Under the pieces are notes generated by a model that was given only the letters and a program-made list of their open reading frames with translations, did not search any database and was not told the DNA's origin. From Veleropilina oligotropha (Eukaryota), in NCBI GenBank assembly GCA_048128005.1, contig JBEUKZ010000138.1, positions 1-64,000 on the forward strand: a stretch of 64,000 bases of DNA, in the 5' to 3' direction. Positions 52,501 to 64,000 of the stretch are shown piece by piece; position 1 is the first letter of the stretch, and every line of letters starts with the position of its first letter. Both the position numbers and the translations under genes were made by a program.

Positions 52501-52935
52501 ATGATGCAATGGCTTCATTTACTTGTCTGATCTTATTTTCGTTCCACTTTCTGGTTTTTATTTTCAGAGAAGTTTTTGATTTTTTATCAATTTGGCCAAT
52601 CAGACCTAAGCATGGGAAATGGTCTGATAAGTGGCAAGTCAGAATGGCTAGCGGAGATACCACAGTGCTTCTGGTTTTCTTTGGTACAGTCTTTGTAGCG
52701 TTTATTTGGACGGTCTGTCTTTCTGCATCCTTGTGAGAGTATCCCATATCTGGCGAGACAGGCGGGATCTATGCATACAAATCACGTGCTAGATCCAGCG
52801 AAGTTGGGCCTTCACCATCATGGCCTCAATGCTGACAAGGTCAGTTCTGTCTAGGGCCTCCAAGTTCGTCGCTTTTTCCTGCCATTTGATCCCTAAGATT
52901 GAGCATAGGGCTTTTGTATGGAAAAGGTCAGGTTG
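49521..52935 (-). mobile_element. RTE-like 3' fragment in opposite orientation (49521-49713 and 52629-52935), split by an L2 insertion
   Basis: SILGIKWQEK..NLEALDR..SIEAMMVKAQLRW at the right; KHCGISAS|LEACAED..AWRT joins across the L2; ends HHRIDGRPT. Confidence 0.7.
49714..52628 (-). mobile_element. L2/CR1-group LINE, 5'-truncated, largely intact RT
   Basis: LSDHFPC (end of APE), NYRPISLLPVVSKVLEK, QYGFR, VFLDLSKAFD, GVPQGSVLGPLLFIIYIND, FADDT; disruption near 50900; AATAAA and (CTAT)n tail. Confidence 0.95.
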
Positions 52936-52939
52936 CTTG

Positions 52940-55900
52940 GACATTTTCACATTGGCAAATGCATGGATTGACGAATGTGTGTAGACATGCAGTGATTGTT
53001 CAGGCGATATTGAGGTAGCACATCGTGATGACCTAACGGTATGTGCAATGATAGCAATTTGGAAAATAGGTGTGACACGAACACCAGTAAACACTTTCAA
53101 CTGTTCAACAAAAAGGGGTTGAAGTTAGTTCACATGAACGTACGTTCAATTAAAAACAAGTATGACGAAATGAAAACGGTTCTTAGTGACGCTCGTGAAA
53201 AGATCTCGTTATTTGGGATGACTGAAACGACCGGTATGAAGATGAGAACATCCAAATAACGGGATACAATATGGAAAGGCGCGATCGTTCACACGTCAAG
53301 CATAAAAAAACAGTGGGGGGGGGGGGTACTAATGTACATATCTGACGAAATCACATACAAACGACGAAGTGATATGGAAGTTGAAATGCTAGCTGTAGAG
53401 CTAAGGTTTGGGAATTCTCGTCCGTTTATTGTAATTGTCGCCTATAGAGCCCCAGATTTAAATTCATCCAACTGGTGTATGTCGTTTAAGGAATGCTTAC
53501 TAAAAGTAAGTAACAAAAACAAAGAATGTGTGGTGTTTGGCGATTTCAACGTGGATTTATTTAAACCAAACACCGATTCGGGGACAATAAAATACAGATG
53601 CATGAAAAACTTTAACGGAGAATCCTTCCTTTGCGATCTCAGTCGGCAGCCATGGTCTGTAATCGAGTGTTTTGATGATCCCAACGACAAATTGTGAATT
53701 TGGTCGGACCTGTTCACCGATATTCTTAACACGCATGCGCCACTGAAAGAAAAACGCTTGAAATATAAAAACCGCCCAGAATGGTGGGATGAAAACATCG
53801 CTCATACTATGTCGCAAAGGGACAAGTGTTCACATAAAAAGGAAACGGATAAAAATTAAATATTGGAGAAATGTAGTAAAAAAATCAATCTTCGATGCTA
53901 AAAGCACTTTCTATAACAAGATGCTTACAAAGGGTCAGTGTGCTATCAATAATTTTTGGCGATACCTGCGTGATCTACATCCCAAAACGACCACATCATC
54001 AAAATCACATGACCTTTTTGTTGATAACGAACATCTGACTGGCCCACAGGATGTTGCTGAAGGCTTCAACACCTGGTTCACTTCCATTGTAGATCAGTAC
54101 ATTGTGAATAGTGATGAAGGCAATGACCCAAACTTCTTGGACAAGCTGAAGTTCTTTGTTGAGTGTCGAAAGAACCCCGTGTCGTCATTTAAGATCCCAG
54201 CATTATGCATTATGCATTATGAAGCAACTGACGTGTCTTGATGGCAAGAATTCGACTGGGCTTGATGGCTTGTCGGCCAAATTCCTCAAGATGTCCGGGG
54301 AAATTATCGCCCCTTCGTTAATGCACATCCTGAACGCTTGTGTAGTCTTGTACTTTTCCTGACAGCTGGAAAACAGCGAAAGTCGTGCCTATACATAAAA
54401 AAACGTCCACTATCTGATCCGAACAATTATCGACCAGTGTCTATTCTGCCAACTATTTCCAAAATTCTCGAACGCCATGCCCATTAATACTTTATAGCAT
54501 ACCTAGAAAGCAATAATCTGGTATACGGAAAACAGTCTGGATTCAGGGCATTTCACTCGTGTCAGACTGCTTTAACCTCTTTATTAGACTCCTGGACAAG
54601 TGAAATAGACAATGGGAATATGGTCGGGTCCATATTTTGTACTTACGCAACGCTTTTGACCTGGTAAATCATGACATTCTAATGAAAAAACGCCATACAT
54701 TATTAATTATTATGTTTCTTTGTACTGTACATATGTATTATAATAGAGAAGGTAAATAAATATCTATCTATCTATATATATGGACGTTCACCGTCTGATT
54801 TTAATCTTTTTCAATCATATTTATGTAACAGAAAACAATGTGTATTCTTTAACGGTAGCCTGTCTAGTAATACCAACGTGAATGTCGGTGCACCACAAGG
54901 GTCAATCTTAGGGCCTTTGCTATTTTTGCTATATATAAATGATATGCATCTCCACACAAGTCATTCACAAGCTGATATTTTTGCCGATGACACGTCAATA
55001 CATGCTACGGGTAAGACAATTTCCGAAATTGAACGTAAACTAACTGAAGATATGGTCTACATCAATAATTGGTGCACTAACAACAAAATGTGTGCTAACA
55101 CTGATAAAACAAAATGTATGCTCGTAATTACAAATCAGAAGCGATGTCATCTAGCAAAGTCCCATATAGATGTATCACTCAGCGGAGACAAAATAGAACG
55201 TATTACTAATCATAAAGTTCTACAAAATGATCTGTCATGGGAATCTCACATAGACATGATTGTAAAGAAGATAAAGCCAAAGTTATACCTTTTATCTAGA
55301 ATTAAGCACTTTTTGCCACTACACGCTAGAAAACAATTTTATGTCTTTTATTTTACCGCACATTGATTATTGTTTGTCTGTTTTGGGTGCGAGATCTGCC
55401 TGCCAGATTAATAGACTTGAATGCCTACAAAAGCGAGCTATGCGCTTGATTTTAAATAATTATTCTGAACTGAGCTCGGACGAACTGTACAAAAAATGAA
55501 CTGGTTCCCGCTATCTTTTAGATTGAAGTATGTTACTGTTTTAATGGTGAATAAATGTTTAAATGGTTTTGCTCCCTCTTATTTGTCTGATATATTCACA
55601 TTTTAACAACCTGGTCGAAACTTAAGACCAAGTACAAAAATCCTGCTATAAATACCATTCGCCAGAATTGAGCTGATTAAGCAATCATTTAGAATTACGG
55701 AGCATCCCTTTTTAATGAACCACTTATTATTATTCAATCATCCAGTTCCGTCATTGGTTTTAAAAAAAGTTGCATGGATTATTACAGATATTGTTTTTTA
55801 ATCAAAAGTAATTTTATCCCTCTTTTAACAGTGTACGATATTTTACGCAGCAACATACTCTTATACTCTTTTACTGTTCTGGTTAACTTAAATATAATTT

Positions 55901-56046
55901 ATTTTGTTTATAATTTTGCATAATCTGTTTTTGATTTTATTCTATGTACCTTGCAGCCATCCTGTTATTGCATTCAACCCACATGAAAATAGGCTAGACC
56001 TATGGGGTTATCGAAATTAAATAAATATTTTTTATTTATTTATTTA
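52940..56046 (+). mobile_element. Second L2/CR1-group LINE, degenerate (APE and RT)
   Basis: KGLKLVHMNVRSI..FGMTET, VAYRAP, FGDFNVD, NYRPVSILPTISKILE, GAPQGSILGPLLFLLYINDM..FADDT; AATAAA and (ATTT)n tail. Confidence 0.92.
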
Positions 56047-56169
56047 TGTATCAGAATTTGGGCTTCGCTCACACATGCGGCGCCACTGACGTCATCAACG
56101 CTCGCGACGGACTTCCATCATTTGCTAAACATTAAGCACCGATAACGAATCGATGATCATATCTATTAT

Positions 56170-56925
56170 AATTTTTATTGTAGTTCCTTAATTGTCGTGG
56201 ATTGGTTAAAAATAGATCACGTGACATACTGATAAAAGTCGTATTGCTGAAATTGTTGAAAATACATTTTATTGAGATTTTGTTAATGAAATCGCATTTT
56301 TGGGAGATTTTTTAATAAATTCTCATTTTGCTTTTTTTTAATAAAATCACATTTCAGGGAATTTTTTTTCCATAGATTCACCTTTTAGGAGATTTTCTTA
56401 ATAAAGTCTCATTTTAGGGGAAGTTTTTATATTATCAAATATTGTATTTCCTTGTCGTCGATTGGTTAAAAATAGATCACGTGCCATACTGATAAAAGTC
56501 GTATTTCAGTTCTACAATAATATTTCCAAAAATACCTTTAAATTTTTGAAAATACATTAATTTTTATTAAGCTTTTTTTTAATGAAATCTCATTTTTGGG
56601 AACTTTTTTCAATAAATTCGCATTTTGCTTTTTTTGAATAAAATCACATTTCTGGGAATTTTTTTTCATAAATTCACTTTTTGGGGGATTTTAAAAAAAA
56701 AGTCATTTTGGAAATTTTTATATTATCAAATATTTAAAAAAATGACATTATGTACAAAAAATAATAAAGCATTTGTGGCATGTTGATTTCGGTCGATCCA
56801 TGATTTTATCGCACCAACCAAGAACAACACTATCAACTTCGGACTACGTCCTCGGTCGTTGTTCTTGGTTGGTGCGATAAAATCATGGATCGACCCCATC
56901 AACATGCTATAATTGTATAATTTAG
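56170..56925. mobile_element. Crypton-like element with terminal ~140-bp hairpin and internal ~260-bp tandem duplication
   Basis: Hairpin GCATGTTGAT..GGTCGATCCATGATTTTATCGCACCAACCAAGAACAAC...GTTGTTCTTGGTTGGTGCGATAAAATCATGGATCGACC..ATCAACATGC; GATTGGTTAAAAATAGATCACGTG occurs at ~56200 and ~56460. Confidence 0.6.
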
Positions 56926-57408
56926 TAGTCCCATGTCAAATTAATGCCCTGCATATACATGTTATAACATGTTCTTAAACACTACTGCTCAGATAATTTA
57001 TCATTTTTAGGTAGGCACCATCTCCCCAAAATGGGCTAACGTTCGGGTTATCCGTTACAAGTCAAAATAGGGTGGCTCTGTACCCACCTTGTGCAACCGT
57101 GTCGTGATTTTTACTGTATGATCATAATTTATCAAAGCACAATGCACATACTTTGATTTGAATCAGTTTAGTTTTACGACAACATGTTAATAATTTTTCG
57201 TTCATGTCTGTAGAAGGATTCAGGTTTGAAGTTTCCATCCAAATAGATACTGTGTGCAATAGAGACGACGTATATCTGTGACAGATTATCGGTACACCCG
57301 GGAACCAGATTCAAATAGTGAGCGTCATGGTCCGTCAGCGTAACCAATAAGCTACACCAGTCCTCTCTCAGCACAATTCATAACGTGTTATTTTCGAAAG
57401 CTCCATGG

Positions 57409-58030
57409 ATTTAAATAGATTTAAATAGAATTTGTTTGGGTTTAGGAAGTGCATTACTGCCACTCATATTAAAACCCATTGTCGTTTCTGGTCATCTATA
57501 GCCTGCCCTGTTTCTTAAAATAATCATCTATGCGGTTTTTAAATTGGTTTACAGATGTTGATTCTACTACATTACTAGGAAGACTGTTCCATTCATCGAC
57601 AACCCGATTTGAGAAAAAGTGTTTCCTAACGTCGAGTCAGAATCTTTTTTTGTAAACTTTGTATTTATGGCCCCTGGTCGGTCTCTGGTTCATCTGAAAA
57701 AAGAAAGTACTGTCAACATTGTCAATTCCTGTACACATTTTAAATACCTGAATCATATCCCCCCGTGTCCTTCTCAAAGACAATGTTGTGAGGTTAAGTG
57801 CTCTTAGTCTATCCTCATAAGGTAATTCTCTCAATTCGCCTATCAATTTTGTGGCTCTTCTTTGAACTTGTTCAAGAATTTTGATATCCTTTGCAAGATA
57901 TGGGCTCCATGCTTGCACTGCATATTCTAAATGCGGTCTAACCATTTGCTTGTATAAGCGTGTTATGATGACTCTGGATTTAAAATTAAAGTTTCTCTTT
58001 ATCATTCCCAATATTTGATTTCCCTTTTTA
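57409..58030 (-). mobile_element. CR1-type LINE 3' fragment (same family as 749-1580)
   Basis: ORF 57637-58011 is nearly identical to the plus-strand CR1 copies; same tail. Confidence 0.93.
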
Positions 58031-58699
58031 CCTGGGATTTATCTTATACAGATTTTATACCGATCTTAATTGGTTGCATTGGGCATATCATAACTGGATC
58101 AGGTCCCCATAGTACCTTCGAACAAATTAATGCTGGTAACATCGTTGTCCACATGCTTACTGGGATATGTACAACAAATTATATCCAATTCGTGGAATCG
58201 TCCTTCAAACAGCGGCCTTGACTATCATACTGACCGAGTAAGTCAGAAAAATGCTTATTCCATACATAGCTCATGATCCAACTATGATACAGCGAGTATA
58301 TGTACAGCTGATGAAGATGAACGTTATATTGCCCTCTATAGGATATCATCCAATATAGATCATTGGATGTATCTTTTACAGATTTGCCAACAGGTTTCGC
58401 TGCAGTACGTTGACATGACAGATATCGTCTGCCGTTGTAGTAGATAGGAACTTACTGGGAATTGGTCCTGCACCTCCATGTCTTACCATAAATATTGTAC
58501 CGCCTTGTTGCTGCTGGACATTATCTTTTCACCTAATAATTTCACATTTATTTGCAGCTCATGCCACAAATATCTATAGAACACCATGAATCACATATAA
58601 TATTTGCTGAAGTTCACTCGAGACTAATCATGCTGACCACTGCACTATGAAAAGCTTTGCCAGGTAACGACAACACGCCTCCCCATTCTACAAGAAGGG

Positions 58700-59815
58700 C
58701 TTTGGGTGATATGTCCTGAGATTGATGCAAAGCATCATTTCATCCATCCATTCTTTCTGGAGCAATTCGGGATGTATGCCTGGAAAGAGCACGATGGACA
58801 CCATCTTCATTATAAGATAGTTGGTGAAGTTCGAACGAATTCTAGCAGCATTCTGTGGATTTATAAATATTGAGAAGGCACATGACCGAGTCCCGGAAGA
58901 AGTGATGTGCTGGTACCTGTAAAGAAAGGGTGTTTCTGAGACGATATTGAGATGAGTAATGGAAACGTACAAAGAAACAAGAACATAATTATGTAAGATC
59001 AGCCGGAGTTATTTCTAACATCTCATGTCAGAAGATATATGAGAAATGCTGTTCGCAGATGGCTAAGCTATCTTTGCTGACAACTAAGACCAGTTGCACG
59101 AAAAATGAGTTGGCAAACGAGTCTGAAGAAGTTTGGAAAAGCTTAACTCGAAATAGACCGAGACGATAGTGTGCAATATATCAGGCGGACATAGGGCAGT
59201 TATTAAAGAGAGAAGGGGTGACGAATTGAAACGAACGTTTTCAGTAATTAATGTAATTAGGGTCAACCATATGTGATGGGGTGGATGGGAGGGGGGGGGG
59301 GTGCGAGAGCAATGTCGAGACCATAATCAATGCAGGATGGACGAATTTGAGATACTAGTAGTGGGTTGGCTGTTGAATGATATGAGGATACCGATTAAGT
59401 TGAAGTATAAGTGGTGGGACTGAATAAGAGTTGTCAGAGCCTGAGAGGTTACTGGTGATGGCGGAGATGCGAATGCTTAGGAAATGATCTCGAATATTGG
59501 GAGTGACGCTGACGAATTAGATCGCAAGCATAGAGGTGCGAAGCAGAACGAAGGTGCCGAGGGGAATGTTCCAGGAGAATGGTAAGATGAGATGGTCTTG
59601 GGGGAGAATGTGGTGACGGGAGTGTGGGGGAACCAGTATGAGGACGGAGTAGTAGAGGAAGAGGATGACAACCGTAAGTAGTGATGGACTGAGGGAAAGA
59701 AATGGAAAAGATTGATCTGAAGGAGGATGTTGCACAGGACTGGGGAAATGAGGAAGGAGATTTCAGATCGCTGAACCCTGACCGGCATAAGGCGAGGGCA
59801 AATAAGATGGACATC
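58700..59815 (+). mobile_element. Highly degenerate RTE-type LINE (RT to 3' end)
   Basis: QFGMxPGKSTMDTIFIIR..FINIEKAHDRVPEEV, EMLFADG, GRGRP-like C-terminal motifs. Confidence 0.7.
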
Positions 59816-60519
59816 AGTCGTGTCAAAAACCACAAGATGGACGTAATGCTAGACGATCTAAGGGACATCCATACATACGTGTCAGGTTATTCTGAACGAT
59901 TTATCAGTGACATGCGGTGCACAGTTCGCCCTTGTATATCAACGTTAATAAGCAGAGGTACCTTGATGCTATCAGTATGAAGCTTGAACCAAAGGCTGCA
60001 AAGTACATCATCTCATGACATAATATGGTGACGTATTATTCGGTAAGACCGATATTAAATTTGCAAAACAATGTAACACCCTAGTTCACTGGAGATGACA
60101 CATTTGCTTGTCTTACCACCAGATTAAATCCACTTAATCAGGTTTTAAACAAAATCAGAATTGCACGCAAAGAAACCAGCATGATTTTGAAACATTGAGC
60201 AACTTAAGTATTCTCTTGACAAGGATGCAGTATCTTCTATTTGTTCATGGCACCATATCTCGGATATTTCGCATTGTCAAATTTGTTTTCTACAGAAGCG
60301 TAGTACTCGCAATCACTATATTTTTTCATCCGAATTTTCAGAGTAGTTATTCGAATATTCGGATTAGTGTACGTGGTATATAAGCAAAGCCTTTGCCTAT
60401 GATTTTCATTCAACATGAATAAAGGAAACTCGACGACAGCAAATGATATCTGTTTAAATATTACTTCTGTACCATTTAACACTCTTCATGATCACATCGG
60501 AACATGTTCACAATATTAT

Positions 60520-60858
60520 TATCACGGGAGGAATAATCGGTTACCATTGATCACCCACCCGCCCCGTCCAGTTATGGACCACTGTGATTGTTAAATGAAC
60601 GAAGTGTGTGGCAGAGGATTCGAAGCCACTCCTGGGCCCCGTTTCACAAAAAATCGTAGACGTGGTCGTAAACGTAATAGAATCTTACGACAATTTTGAT
60701 TGGCCGTTAAACTTAAACAGCCAATCAAAAATTGTCGTAAGATTCTATTACGTCTACGACTACGTCTACGATTTTTTGTGAAACGGGGCCCTGCGAAAAC
60801 AGCAATCAGTAGACCCTACGAGTGATTTTGGATCGACACACTCGGCCAGTGGACGGCC
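60520..60858 (-). mobile_element. SINE copy interrupted by a palindromic MITE
   Basis: CCAGTTATGGACCACTGTGATT..GGATTCGAAGCCACT on the left and CACTCGGCCAGTGGACGGCC on the right of the MITE. Confidence 0.6.
60635..60790. mobile_element. Near-perfect palindromic PIF/Harbinger MITE (156 bp)
   Basis: GGCCCCGTTTCACAAAAAATCGTAGACG...CGTCTACGATTTTTTGTGAAACGGGGCC with 3-bp TSD CTG/CTG. Confidence 0.9.
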
Positions 60859-61837
60859 ACTGCACTGTCTCGGTAATACTACGATGTTCGGCACATTCAA
60901 ATAGTTGAAAACGGTAAAGAATCTTTAAAAGACGCGAAAATGTTCCGACGCAAAAGATACTTAGATATTTGGCTCGTCAAATGAATTTACTACAGGAGAG
61001 GTAACAGTTTATTTTGGATCTATGGATAATGTACCATTTAGCACCCATACACGAACATAACCGTATTATTGTGGGAGCAAAGCCTGGTGGACCGGGGGAA
61101 ACCAGTTCTCGATATGCAGACAGCCAAATATGGACAACTGTGACTGTTAACCTCATACAGTTCTCAACCAATTCGTACCGTCGCATCATCGCGTAAGATG
61201 GAACGATAATCATGTGGCATTGCGATGCGATGGCACGATATGCGATGGTATCATCATCATCATGCACGCTTTTCCTTCCTTTTCGAAATCAGCGTAGAAT
61301 ATCACATCTATCTCTCCAAGATCTCCTATCTTTCGCTATTTCACGCATATTTTCATCTGGGTGTCTTTTTATAATATTTAGATCTTTTTTTTTTTTTTTC
61401 ATCTAAGTTGTTTTTTGTCCTCCTTGTGGCTTTTTTATATTTTTCTCATTTAATGATATATATTCAAGTATTTGTTTCACTGGTGTTTCATCGTTCAACC
61501 ATTGCACATGTCCATACCATTTGACTCTTCTGATTTGAATTTTCTTGGACCATTTTATTTCTTGGGTTACTTTGTAGAGATCATTTTTTTTTTTTGGGCC
61601 ATTGTTTGTTTATAATGTTCCTTAAGAATTTGCCTTGTATTGCATCGATCTTCTTCTCCAGGGATGTGATGGTATGAAGCTATAGAACAATCGCTTCAAC
61701 ATTATCGTGTCTCGGTTTCTCGCACTTCGTCGTTGGTTTATCATAAAAAACTAATTTTGAAATTAAAAAAATAATAGTAAATTATAAAAATAATTAGTAA
61801 AATAAAAAATAATTTGAAAAAATAAATAGTAAATTAA

Positions 61838-62293
61838 AAACAAGAACGACGCGTTCGAAATATGTCTTGACCTTTCTTTATTTCCCTCAAATGTTCATAA
61901 CAGTTAATACAATGGCTAAGTGCAAGTACTTCATGGCTTAATTTACTACCCCGTCGATTATGACGTCACCAAATGACGATTAATCTAAGGCGACGTCGTA
62001 ATGACGTCATTGCCATTTGCTTGCAATACTAGACATCCGTTATATACAAATATGGATAAAAGTGCTCAATAAATGCATATTTTTGCAAAATTGTGTCGCG
62101 AAAGTTATATACACGACCTACAAATACTCTTGGGAATGTGTGTACCAATTTTGGTGAAAATTGAGCTGGTAGTTTTCAAATAAATCGACGGATATATATA
62201 TATATATATAAGTATATAAGTATATAAGTATTAAGTACACACGGACCATTTGATAATGTCTTGTCCTTTTACAAAAAGGTCAAGACATACAAA
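61838..62293 (-). mobile_element. Helentron-associated element (HINE)
   Basis: Minus strand: TTTGTATGTCTTGACC..GGACAAGACAT inverted repeat, microsatellite, subterminal GGTCAAGACATA, hairpin and CTTGTTT end. Confidence 0.7.
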
Positions 62294-64000
62294 TATAGTT
62301 AGTAAATTAAATAATAAATAATATATTAAAAAAAATTAATAGTAAATTAAAAAATAATTATGGCACTTATGAGCCGCCGTACCTAACTTCTATTCTGTAA
62401 ATGTGTTGCGCGATTCGCGTGCAGTGGCACAATTTATGAATTCGTAACTTGCGCTGCACGATTCGCGGATTTCGCAATCTGTGCAAGATCTTTCGATTAT
62501 AACGGCGAATCTCGGAACTTCGCATTTCTAGTTTCAGAACCGCGCCAATCGAATCCGGGATAAATTATGCCGTTATCACACTCACTCCTGTAAATAACAA
62601 TGTAGATGGACGACCGAGATAAGACATGGCATCAACGTGAACCACAGCTTGATCGTGCGATGGGTTACGTTGTGAAAACCCCAGCCGTCGGTAATCTCGA
62701 TGATAAGAACGTGCACAATGCCATAGTAAATTTGTCATCTGTGAAAATGTAGGACAGTGACTGAGACTCGCCCAGAGTCAGCATGCTCAGTCACTTGTAC
62801 TTGTAGAAAGATGTCATGATATACTACAGTAGTATGCGACTAATAACATAATTAACGCGTCTTGTTGGTAACAGGTTTGTGGATCGAGCATAAGTATTAC
62901 TCTGATCATATGTGTGACATTTGATTGAGCGTGTGAATTGTTTTTCTCTCTGAAATAATGTAGGTTGCTATAACTTACTATAATTAGGGCTTAATTATTT
63001 ATTATCTATGTGCTAAGTCTTCATTGGATTTGACAACAACATAATTATGAAGCCTACGGAAACCTTTTTAACGTTGCATTAGTTTTGAATAATGATTGAT
63101 TTATCAAAGACAATGGGTACTAGCTGTGACCACTATGTATAGGGGTCCCAGGTAGGCCTACTAGTACGGAACTCTGTGTAGACCGAAAATAATTCAATGG
63201 GTGCTGAACAAATCTGTCATTGGATGATTCGACAATAAAATTCCATGCAGTTTGATTTTAAACAGTGTAGTGAAGTGGCAACCCCATCTTAATGTCTCTA
63301 GCCGATCAGACATGTCAGACGGGTGATGCAGACCTACCAACTCATGTCACATGTGCACACTCTCACGACAGAAAGAACTGAACTCACGCAACCATGCCCC
63401 GGACCCCTCGAGATTTTTCGGGCCCCCGATGTTCACAGCCTACGGACTTTCGCAAATCTCACTCGTTACTATTAATCTAGGTTGGAAGTTCTGGCACAGA
63501 TGCTGTGTGCAATGGATATACAGACGCATAGTGGACGAAGGTCTGTGGTCCGGAATTATACGTATAATGGCCACCCCATCATTACCGTACTTCGATAACT
63601 GTGATTTCTGGTAGTGTCTGCAAATACGGCACCATATGTTCATGAGCTAGAATTTGGGCATATATATATACAGTATATGTAGCGATCTGTGGTTGTTGCA
63701 AATGCCACTGTGGCAACTTATTTTGACTAATAAAACCCCTGTTGAAGTCTATTACGTTTTGATCCAAACATAATCTATTACCCATAGAATATTTAGTATA
63801 ATTATATAACATAGTAAACACCTTATTTTTCTGTAACGGTAGAAGTAAACTTACATTTGTACATATCATTTATTATTCATGAAATAAGCCCCAAATGTGC
63901 CAATAATAATAGACTTTAACCGTTAATACTTTCAGGTTCATCATTATATATGACTGTCTATAGCATGACATCATGATCATCTCGGCGCTCATTTGTATGG

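Noticed and set aside
58035..58690. Possible decayed LINE endonuclease on the minus strand
   Set aside because: Too degenerate; no motif can be read with confidence.
63351..63643. Short ORFs with WHRCCV (PHD-like) or THSGRRS (tyrosine recombinase-like) motifs
   Set aside because: Isolated short motifs in different frames, without the rest of either domain.

Overview
AT-rich, transposon-dense, intron-containing animal genomic DNA, most likely from a marine invertebrate; the taxon cannot be fixed from sequence. It is not prokaryotic, and I found no CRISPR array, rRNA or intact tRNA. Host genes were assembled by hand from splice sites, and most are missed or misread by the ORF track. (1) First coding exon of a prostaglandin reductase 1 (PTGR1)-like gene on the minus strand (5672-5780); the rest presumably lies left of the window. 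(2) A convergent pair of paralogous WAP (four-disulfide core) genes with low-complexity linkers. The minus copy (26913->21484) has a signal peptide and an in-frame TAG just before its second WAP domain. The plus copy (14497->19357) lacks detectable 5' exons and its last exon is split by a nested ~2.6 kb transposon insertion. (3) A 5-exon gene with seven C2H2 zinc fingers (36151-43191), whose N-terminus resembles a transposase zinc ribbon and carries an EHSY (HCF-1-binding-type) motif. The remainder is repeats: CR1, L2 and RTE LINE fragments, a Penelope GIY-YIG fragment with a minimal hammerhead ribozyme, a truncated Gmr1-type Gypsy element, Tc1, Academ, Kolobok-, hAT- and Harbinger-like elements, Helitron/Helentron derivatives, Crypton-like hairpin elements, SINEs, (TA)n tracts and several minisatellites. 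All family assignments come from motif recognition without database searches.
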